From a virus: DNA of 49,182 nucleotides. A program made the translations under genes and the position numbers. Location of the stretch: the IMG/VR virus record IMGVR_UViG_3300009964_000008, positions 1 to 49,182 of that record. One strand, given 5' to 3'. The notes under the pieces were generated by a model that saw nothing but the letters and a program-made list of their open reading frames with translations, was not told the origin of the DNA and searched no databases. This document shows positions 1 through 5,475 of the stretch, piece after piece; positions within the stretch are counted from its first letter, which is position 1, and each line of letters opens with the position of its first letter.

Positions 1-127
1 TAATAGGCGAACTTGTAAATGATGCGCTCGCTTCCATCGGGACTAGGGACAGTCACACTCACGGGTAGGTACCCGTGCATGGTGTAGGCATAACCGCGCC
101 GCTCACCCGGGAACTGTGCGTCAAAAA
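1..127. repeat. Terminal direct repeat, copy 1 (identical to 49056-49182)
   Basis: Bases 1-127 recur base-for-base as the last 127 bases of the window. The repeat cuts through a minus-strand ORF, so it behaves like a circular-assembly overlap. Confidence 0.95.
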
Positions 128-251
128 AGTTGCGCAGGTTATGAGGCTTGGAGTCATCGGTTGTTTCATCGTGTCGCACACGGGACCACCGCCCGCTAGG
201 GGTACGGTATTCAGTCCAACGGGTAACGGTTGCATGTGTTGTGTCTCGCAT
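1..251 (-). CDS. Hypothetical protein, 5' portion of a gene that wraps the window junction (251->1 then 49055->49013; 97 codons)
   Basis: ATG at 251-249 (rc) reads MRDTTHATVTRWTEY... and the frame stays open to base 1. It continues in 49055-49013, ending ...NYTYED-TAA. Linearisation splits the gene, so it is absent from the ORF track. Confidence 0.6.
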   Translation of the reverse strand, partial: MRDTTHATVTRWTEYRTPSGRWSRVRHDETTDDSKPHNLRNFFDAQFPGERRGYAYTMHGYLPVSVTVPSPDGSERIIYKFAY

Positions 252-280
252 TTTTGTTGCTCTTTCTGTGTTGTATGTGG

Positions 281-604
281 TTACTTGAGGTGCTTAGCGA
301 ACTGATTAAGCGCTTCAAGTAGGTTATGTGCTTCCTTGTATTCGGACGGCGATAGACCAAGACGGCCTGTTTCCACTGCAACAGTGAGTTTAATCGCAAA
401 GTGGAACGCATCGTCAAAAACTTCCGTGCGCTTGGATTCGACTGCCTTAGCGCGCTCAATTTCGCCTAGCGCTGTCCTTAGGGCAATTTCGCGGCCCTCA
501 ACAGCGCCTATCATTTCGGCGTCACCTTGGTTGAGAATTGCGTCAGTCTCAATTTCTGCGAGACGCTTCAGCGTCTCATAATCACAAGCAAACGAACGAA
601 TCAT
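281..604 (-). CDS. Hypothetical helical protein (107 aa)
   Basis: ATG at 604 is preceded by GGAAGG 8 nt upstream. The ORF-track start at 646 is a TTG without an RBS. First gene downstream of promoter P1. Confidence 0.7.
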   Translation of the reverse strand: MIRSFACDYETLKRLAEIETDAILNQGDAEMIGAVEGREIALRTALGEIERAKAVESKRTEVFDDAFHFAIKLTVAVETGRLGLSPSEYKEAHNLLEALNQFAKHLK

Positions 605-650
605 TGTTCTAACCTTCCGGTCAATTGGGTTGTTGGTTGTGTTCAAAAAT

Positions 651-714
651 TGGTGAGCCGGTTAGGAATTGAACCTAACCACCGCGCGGGATGCGCAGCC
701 CATTCTAGCGGCCC
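651..714 (-). ncRNA. tRNA-like element A (no D stem, non-canonical anticodon-type loop, encoded CCA)
   Basis: RNA sense: GGGCCGC TA GAATGGG CTGCG-CATCCCG-CGCGG TGG TTAGG-TTCAATT-CCTAA CCGGCTC A CCA. It has a 6-bp acceptor stem with G2-U71, U8-A9, a canonical T-arm, and discriminator A plus CCA, followed by ATTTTT. Only 64 nt, with no D stem and A rather than U at loop position 33. Confidence 0.5.
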
Positions 715-781
715 CTAACGTATGCGCCGCGCCTATTGTTGTGACCTAACCAACAGCTTCAGCGCCTTGCATCGTAGCCGA

Positions 782-839
782 CACGGGCGATTAGCTTACC
801 TGCTAAGTAAGCCGTTAGGGCTTGCACCCTAACCCCGTG
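782..839 (-). ncRNA. Three-way-junction RNA structure inside the P1 leader
   Basis: Outer stem CACGGG(782-787)/CCCGTG(834-839) encloses hairpins GCTTAC-7nt-GTAAGC (794-812) and GTTAGGG-6nt-CCCTAAC (814-833). Confidence 0.4.
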
Positions 840-931
840 CTTAATTTAGTTTACAAAGATCATTCGGACCAAGGTACTTTGCCGTTACTTTGCGTTTCGC
901 GTTTCGCGGGGTTTCCCTTGCCGATAACTAA

Positions 932-960
932 AGATTAGCAGGGCGCTAGTTGGCTGTCAA
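932..960 (-). promoter_or_regulatory. Leftward promoter P1: TTGACA-17-TAATCT
   Basis: rc of 955-960 is TTGACA and rc of 932-937 is TAATCT, with an exact 17-nt spacer. The -10/+1 box CCTGCTAATCTTTAGTTATCGG is shared with P2. Confidence 0.7.
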
Positions 961-1094
961 CTTGATAATGTGTGTTGTGCGTCACATGCTGGTGCTAGTG
1001 GGTAGGCGACAGTGGGAATAAGGAAACGCGCGTAATAGCACCTTGGTTGCCGGTTGTCAATAGCTAGGGGTGTGTCGTTGGTCATACTGTGGGT

Positions 1095-1152
1095 AAGTTA
1101 GGTAAGCCTAACAAAGTTTGCGCCGGCGTGATTAAAAGTTAGGTAAGGCTAA
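1095..1152. repeat. Two copies of a 17-bp direct repeat AAGTTAGGTAAG(C/G)CTAA
   Basis: Copies at 1095-1111 and 1136-1152 with one mismatch, starts 41 bp apart. The first copy is also a hairpin (GTTAGG-TAAG-CCTAAC). Confidence 0.8.
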
Positions 1153-1278
1153 GTATGTGGGAGGGGCCGTGTAAAGACAACGACAGGGCACTAGACATCT
1201 CACAATGTGGATAGTTTTTGTGTTCGTGTTGACTTTGGGGGGATAGTATGTTACTCGCATTGGTTTTTGGTGGTTTTA

Positions 1279-1306
1279 GGGTGGTTAGGGAGGGTTGGTA
1301 GGTGGG
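1279..1306 (+). other. G-run tract with G-quadruplex-type spacing (long loops)
   Basis: GGG-N6-GGG-N1-GGG-N9-GGG on the + strand, inside a stretch (about 1226-1460) that is almost free of C by eye. Confidence 0.4.
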
Positions 1307-1360
1307 TGTGAGAGTGTGAGACGTTGTTTAAGGGGTTTAGAGAGCGTTTTAAGGGCATTA

Positions 1361-1396
1361 GGGGGGTGTAGGGGTATGTGGGTAGCCTAGAGGGGG
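1361..1396 (+). other. Second G-run tract (G6-N4-G4-N5-G3-N9-G5)
   Basis: GGGGGGTGTAGGGGTATGTGGGTAGCCTAGAGGGGG. Confidence 0.4.
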
Positions 1397-1454
1397 TGAT
1401 AGGCCGTGAGAGGGGCCGTAGCGTAAATGTTAGGACAATTGAATATGGGTAGGT

Positions 1455-1488
1455 ATGCATATTATGCAGAGGGTTGCATAATATGCAT
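1455..1488. repeat. Perfect 14-bp inverted repeat ATGCATATTATGCA / TGCATAATATGCAT, 6-bp spacer
   Basis: Arms at 1455-1468 and 1475-1488 are exact reverse complements. Candidate protein-binding site next to the AT-rich tract. Confidence 0.85.
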
Positions 1489-1519
1489 TTCCTCGCGCGC
1501 GTACGCAGCTACGCAGACG

Positions 1520-1622
1520 AAATTGAAATAAATAAATATAATAAATAAATATATTAATAATAATAGATAATAGTCTAGTATAGTAATATATACACGTATA
1601 TAGATTCTTGATTATACAATCG
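1520..1622. other. AT-rich tract with a perfect 13-bp tandem duplication (candidate DNA-unwinding element)
   Basis: AATAAATAAATAT occurs at 1527-1539 and again at 1540-1552. The surrounding ~100 bp are nearly all A/T. The tract is preceded by TACGCAG x2 (1502-1508, 1510-1516). Confidence 0.5.
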
Positions 1623-1741
1623 ATTTCCGCGTTTTAGTTCTTATGCACTGGGGTGTATTGTGTGTAATAACTTTGCCTTGTGTGTTGATTTTTGAGGGGG
1701 GGATTACACGAGGCGAAATTAGCGGGCCGTTGGTTGTGTTG

Positions 1742-1786
1742 GTTGCAGTTGTTGCTAGTTCGTTGCAGATGCTTGGTAGGTTGCAG
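1742..1786 (+). repeat. Three GTTGCAG direct repeats spaced 20 and 18 bp (iteron-like)
   Basis: Copies at 1742-1748, 1762-1768 and 1780-1786, within a G/T-rich stretch. Confidence 0.6.
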
Positions 1787-1927
1787 GTTGTGGGTTGTGT
1801 GACGCTTGGCACATGTGTGGTGTAGGGCACATAGGGAGCGGTTAGTTTAGTTAGGGTGGCCTAAGTTTTGTTAATTGACCTCCGGTTGGTTTTTGTATAT
1901 GTTGGGCGTGACGCGGGTCACAAAATT

Positions 1928-1948
1928 GGGTATGGGTCTGGGTCCGGG
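1928..1948 (+). other. Canonical G-quadruplex motif GGG-TAT-GGG-TCT-GGG-TCC-GGG
   Basis: Four G3 runs separated by exactly 3-nt loops. Confidence 0.6.
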
Positions 1949-2145
1949 TATGCATATCGGGATATGGGGCCGTTGGTGGGTTGCAGAGTAGGAACTCACT
2001 TGACAGGTAGGTAAAACGAGGGCAAAAATAAGCAACTAAAAAATCAAATGCTTAGTAAGTGTAAAGCTGGAGGGGGTGTCATACCCCCGTGTGTATTTCT
2101 TCCCACTTGGGGATAATAAGGTGGGTTAAATCACACCCTACCATC

Positions 2146-2175
2146 TTGACTTCTACCCTCCCACTCTCCTATACT
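2146..2175 (+). promoter_or_regulatory. Rightward early promoter TTGACT-18-TATACT
   Basis: -35 at 2146-2151 and -10 at 2170-2175, 27 nt upstream of the RBS/ATG of the first rightward gene. Confidence 0.65.
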
Positions 2176-2202
2176 TAAACCATCAACGAAAGGAGAAAAC
2201 AA

Positions 2203-2751
2203 ATGATTACTTCACGAGAGCACTACACAGGCAGACTGTTCACAATCACAGACCCCATCGACCTGTCGTCCAAGCCTGGTGTCGTCCTTGCCTCCGTAGC
2301 ACACTACGAGACTAACTACATGTCGATCCCTGGCGATAAGTGGGTGTCGAGCAGGGGTGATGTCCTCACGTGTGAGCAGCTTTTTGATGCGCTCTCTAAG
2401 CGCGACAACACCGACACCAAGATGGTTTGGCTGTCTGATTACGACTTCCAGGGCATGTACGAGACGGACCTTACCACACAGTACGCACGGATGGGACGGA
2501 TTGTCGAAGAACAGGAGGTGCCGGTCTACGACCCACATCTTGATGTCTTCACTAACCGCCCTTATGCCACCCTACTGAAGACCGGCACTGTCGTTTACTT
2601 TAAGGGCATTAAGCACTTCTTCTGTGCCGAGTTTGGTCTTCCACTGCTGGAAGGCTCGTGGGTGGATGAGGAAGGCTCGTGCCGTGCGACAGCTGAGTTC
2701 CTGTTCTACGTCCTGAACGAAGACGAGGCGATCACACTTGTCAACATTTAA
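2203..2751 (+). CDS. Hypothetical early protein; C-terminus carries the GTVVxF...W...GxW paralogue motif
   Basis: RBS AAAGGAGAAAACAA-ATG. C-terminal sequence is GTVVYFKGIKHFFCAEFGLPLLEGSWVDEEG. Confidence 0.8.
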   Translation: MITSREHYTGRLFTITDPIDLSSKPGVVLASVAHYETNYMSIPGDKWVSSRGDVLTCEQLFDALSKRDNTDTKMVWLSDYDFQGMYETDLTTQYARMGRIVEEQEVPVYDPHLDVFTNRPYATLLKTGTVVYFKGIKHFFCAEFGLPLLEGSWVDEEGSCRATAEFLFYVLNEDEAITLVNI

Positions 2752-2830
2752 CGAACTATATGACGCTTACGACGAGCTAGTGGCGAAGATTTGTGGCGCG
2801 CCAATCCTGGTTTAAGAAACCGACAAGCCT

Positions 2831-3043
2831 GTGAGACCACTTGAATACGCAATGGTTCTCTACCACGGCACTGTCGTCCAGTTTGATGAGCACACCTGGC
2901 TGTTTTCTCTCTCATCAGAGGATAACTTGCTGGACGGCTTCTGGACTAACGAGGTTGGCGAAAGGCTGAGCCTGTTGTCCTTCCTAATGAATGTTCACAA
3001 CAGTTGCGCATACTGCCGTGTCGTCCACTTTCCGTGGCAGTAA
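2831..3043 (+). CDS. Hypothetical protein, paralogue of 2203/3069 products (possibly decaying)
   Basis: Carries GTVVQFDEHTWLFSLSSEDNLLDGFWTNEVG. GTG start without a clear RBS; alternative ATG at 2852. Confidence 0.45.
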   Translation: MRPLEYAMVLYHGTVVQFDEHTWLFSLSSEDNLLDGFWTNEVGERLSLLSFLMNVHNSCAYCRVVHFPWQ

Positions 3044-3068
3044 TACCAATGAGCAAAGGAGAAAACAA

Positions 3069-3404
3069 ATGACAGACAAGGTATTTAAGCTGAGCGACAA
3101 GTACGCGAACCTGCTGATCGAGGTCTGGGAAACCAAGATCAAGGTTGTAGATGACTCACGCCATAACCCACGCGTCACAATATTCTACGGCGACCTTCTT
3201 GAACCCAGCACGATGGTCTACTTCAAGAGCCGACAGTGGTTCTACTCGAAGCCCTATGGTGTTGGTGTGCTGCACGGGATGTGGACAAACTCGGATGGAG
3301 AAGCAAAGAGCGTGTACGACTTCCTCACTGACATCATTGGCTTCGAACGACCTGTCGAAGTTGTCTTTGACCCCCGACACTTTACCCCGAAAGGAACGAT
3401 CTGA
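3069..3404 (+). CDS. Hypothetical protein, paralogue family member
   Basis: ATG at 3069 with RBS AAAGGAGAAAACAA; the ORF-track start 2991 has none. Carries STMVYFKSRQWFYSKPYGVGVLHGMWTNSDG. Confidence 0.8.
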   Translation: MTDKVFKLSDKYANLLIEVWETKIKVVDDSRHNPRVTIFYGDLLEPSTMVYFKSRQWFYSKPYGVGVLHGMWTNSDGEAKSVYDFLTDIIGFERPVEVVFDPRHFTPKGTI

Positions 3405-3733
3405 TGACCGATAACAACAACATTAAGAAGATGATTGGCGATGCTGTCGAAGAGTTCCGTAAGAAGCTCGAAAAGGAGTTCAAGGAACCTGAGCTGACAG
3501 GCACACAGTTTGAGTGCATCGACAACAACGGCGAACTGTATATTGCGGACGCTGAAGAGTTTATGACAGGAACACTTATCATCGTTGACGATTGGGAGGT
3601 GTTTCGTGTCCTAGAGGCTTTCGATCAGAAGCCGTGGATTACGTACGTTGGAGAGGCATACACTCACTCACAGTTCGCTGAACTTATGTGTGAGCAGTTT
3701 GTCAAGCCGAAGATCATTCACGTGGGGTTGTGA
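3404..3733 (+). CDS. Hypothetical acidic protein
   Basis: TGATG stop-start overlap with the upstream gene. Contains GTLIIVDDWEVF...W, loosely resembling the paralogue motif. Confidence 0.7.
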   Translation: MTDNNNIKKMIGDAVEEFRKKLEKEFKEPELTGTQFECIDNNGELYIADAEEFMTGTLIIVDDWEVFRVLEAFDQKPWITYVGEAYTHSQFAELMCEQFVKPKIIHVGL

Positions 3734-3738
3734 CGTAG

Positions 3739-3939
3739 ATGATACCTGGTATTATTCACTGTTTCCTGGCTCTTCTGTGGGCCGGTGCAGGGTTTATACT
3801 CGGCTACTGTCGGCATGATTGCCGAGACATCCTCAGTAGGCCCGTGTCGTTCCTGCTGGGACTCGCTACCTTTTGCGCGCTAGTTGAGTGCATCTTGCTC
3901 ATGGGTATTGGTGTCGCATTGATTGCGGGGTACCGCTAA
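3739..3939 (+). CDS. Small membrane protein (two hydrophobic helices)
   Basis: 66 aa with two hydrophobic stretches (IIHCFLALLWAGAGFILGY and LMGIGVALIAGY). Confidence 0.55.
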   Translation: MIPGIIHCFLALLWAGAGFILGYCRHDCRDILSRPVSFLLGLATFCALVECILLMGIGVALIAGYR

Positions 3940-4193
3940 TGAAGAAACGTACGACACGGCTACGCTTGTTTACACCTAGCGGGTGGGAGTTCTATTGCGA
4001 CAGCCTTTACGAGTTCACTGCTGGCACTGTTCTGCATGTGAAGGGTACTCTTTGGATGATAGTTCGTAATGACAGCCAATGGGGCGCAGTAAGCGAAGAG
4101 AACAAATTCATAACGCTGCTTCGTTTGGAACGCCTTATCCATGCGGAAGGTTTCGGGGTTGCCGTTTGTATACCTGAAGATTATGACAACTAA
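3939..4193 (+). CDS. Hypothetical protein
   Basis: ATG in a TAATG overlap with the upstream stop (MKKRTTRL...). The ORF-track start 3888 lies inside the upstream gene. Confidence 0.65.
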   Translation: MKKRTTRLRLFTPSGWEFYCDSLYEFTAGTVLHVKGTLWMIVRNDSQWGAVSEENKFITLLRLERLIHAEGFGVAVCIPEDYDN

Positions 4194-4213
4194 CAACAAG
4201 GAAGGAATTAACA

Positions 4214-4564
4214 ATGAACATTGAAGAAACGCTGTCCAAGTGGGGCGAACTGCACGATAAGTACGAAGCAGCTTATCAAGCGTACAGGACGCTTCAAGTA
4301 GAGATGTGGACTGTTCTCTACGACAACGAGGAACCATTCGAGCTGGTGTATCTCAATGGTGAACATACTGGAATCAAGATTAAGACACCGGATGACGTGG
4401 CAGACATTATTACCGGGTGTGTGATTGCTATTGGTGGTGCAGAGTGGTTCCGTGCTGATGGTTACTGGCTGAGCTGCTACGACACCAAAAAGGACGATCA
4501 CGAGATGTTTGTCCGCATCATGCGTAACCGTGAGCATGTCCACCTGATTCATAAGAGTTACTAA
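4214..4564 (+). CDS. Hypothetical protein
   Basis: RBS AAGGAAGG 8 nt upstream of the ATG. Confidence 0.75.
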   Translation: MNIEETLSKWGELHDKYEAAYQAYRTLQVEMWTVLYDNEEPFELVYLNGEHTGIKIKTPDDVADIITGCVIAIGGAEWFRADGYWLSCYDTKKDDHEMFVRIMRNREHVHLIHKSY

Positions 4565-4734
4565 TGGTTAAACTAACAAAGACCGGGGTGGGGTTTGAGT
4601 TCTCACCAGAAGGTATCGCTGCACTTTGCACTGATGTGACTTCCTATTCCCGCAAAATGCTTTTTAATGCCTTGAAACGTGCTTGGGACGAATCGGAGAC
4701 TTTCGAGGTTGAACTTGAGATTCCAGTGTGGTAA
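4564..4734 (+). CDS. Hypothetical 56-aa protein (below ORF-track cutoff)
   Basis: TAATG overlap with the upstream stop. Reads MVKLTKTGVGFEF...LEIPVW-TAA. Confidence 0.5.
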   Translation: MVKLTKTGVGFEFSPEGIAALCTDVTSYSRKMLFNALKRAWDESETFEVELEIPVW

Positions 4735-4765
4735 AAGCCCTACACTTACTTTTTGAGGGTTAAGG

Positions 4766-4793
4766 TTGACCCTTCTGATAAATCATTTACTAT
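4766..4793 (+). promoter_or_regulatory. Promoter TTGACC-16-TACTAT
   Basis: -35 at 4766-4771 and -10 at 4788-4793, directly upstream of the RBS GAAAGGAG of the 4812 ORF. Confidence 0.5.
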
Positions 4794-4811
4794 TGAAAGG
4801 AGACTGCCATA

Positions 4812-4931
4812 ATGCTAGTGACAGTTGATACTGAATATATTGATCTGGTTCACAACACGGAAGTTCTTGAAGCTGCTTTGGGTGAAACACCTTATGATGT
4901 CGCTGATTCATTGGTGGCCTCTATAGAGTGA
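4812..4931 (+). CDS. Hypothetical 39-aa protein (below ORF-track cutoff)
   Basis: RBS GAAAGGAG, ATG at 4812, reads MLVTVDTEYIDLVHN...SIE-TGA. Confidence 0.45.
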   Translation: MLVTVDTEYIDLVHNTEVLEAALGETPYDVADSLVASIE

Positions 4932-5016
4932 CCCACTTCACACTCAACTAGTGTTGCACGATCTCTTGTTGCTGTGCTAGACTGCTCAGTACCAGTTGAT
5001 GGATCTCTGATCCGAT

Positions 5017-5057
5017 AAAACCCCTGTGCTTGGCTTGAGGTACAGGGGTTTTATTTT
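5017..5057. terminator. Rho-independent terminator
   Basis: AAAACCCCTGT(5017-5027)...ACAGGGGTTTT(5042-5052) followed by ATTTT. Confidence 0.8.
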
Positions 5058-5096
5058 GCCTTCACAATGATGTGGTACACGTCACGTGGTTAGTTG

Positions 5097-5126
5097 TTGA
5101 CAGGTTGCAGACGAGTGGATTAGCAT
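5097..5126 (+). promoter_or_regulatory. Promoter TTGACA-18-TAGCAT
   Basis: -35 at 5097-5102 and -10 at 5121-5126, upstream of RBS AAAGGAGAAACAA-ATG (5159). Confidence 0.5.
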
Positions 5127-5158
5127 AAATACATCGGCAGCGAAGAAAGGAGAAACAA

Positions 5159-5338
5159 ATGGATAAGGGTGAGCTTGCAATTATTCAGGAGCTTAGCGCT
5201 CTTGCACATATGCGATGGAGAAAGAGCTGTGAGCAGCAATATCCAGATGAGCCGCCTAGACCTGATTTGGGTTGGCATAAGATGGTGACTCTTATTGATA
5301 CTCTGGTCGCCTTAAAGGAAAGTGAATGGGCTATGTAA
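5159..5338 (+). CDS. Hypothetical 59-aa protein (below ORF-track cutoff)
   Basis: Consensus RBS AAAGGAGAAACAA, then MDKGELAIIQELSALAHMRW...SEWAM-TAA. Confidence 0.65.
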   Translation: MDKGELAIIQELSALAHMRWRKSCEQQYPDEPPRPDLGWHKMVTLIDTLVALKESEWAM

Positions 5339-5475
5339 TGGCAACATTTGGACATTCTCTGCTTCAAGAGATTTTTAATATCGCAACCAGTGAATACAGC
5401 AATAACCCAACTAATATGAGCTGGTTCACTGTAAAGGGATACGCTGAAGCACTACTTTCATTGGAGGTAGACTAA
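5338..5475 (+). CDS. Hypothetical 45-aa protein, paralogue of 5806 product
   Basis: TAATG coupling. Its WFTVKGYAEALLSLE matches WLKVKSYAEALIELS of the 5806..5991 product. Confidence 0.5.
   Translation: MATFGHSLLQEIFNIATSEYSNNPTNMSWFTVKGYAEALLSLEVD

Noticed and set aside
1-127. Terminal repeat as a biological DTR or cos region
   Set aside because: The length equals a common assembler maximum k-mer, and the repeat bisects a coding sequence. It was kept as a finding only because read data could overturn this view.
75-305. 76-aa + strand ORF at the window start
   Set aside because: It overlaps, on the opposite strand, the better-supported wrap-around gene (251->1) and the end of 281..604. It has no RBS and a Cys-rich, improbable sequence.
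651-714. tRNA-like element A as an attP core (3' tRNA fragment used for integration)
   Set aside because: No integrase is detectable. Three different tRNA-like sequences exist rather than one, and each retains a complete acceptor helix rather than only a 3' tRNA segment. This cannot be fully excluded without comparison to host tRNA genes.
1095-1152. Possible mini-CRISPR array
   Set aside because: There are only two 17-bp copies, which is too short and too few. There is no further periodicity, no cas genes and no leader-like context.
1279-1290. TTAGGG telomere-like repeats (TTTAGGGTGGTTAGGG)
   Set aside because: Only two imperfectly spaced copies occur, within a generally G/T-rich tract. Composition explains them, and there is no hairpin-telomere or protelomerase gene.
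1251-1830. ORF-track entries 1251..1460(-), 1612..1830(-) and 1643..1825(+) inside the hub
   Set aside because: Their translations are low-complexity products of the G/T-rich and AT-rich tracts (Pro/Thr/Leu or Gly/Val/Cys runs). They have no Shine-Dalgarno sequence and overlap each other. I treat this region as non-coding.
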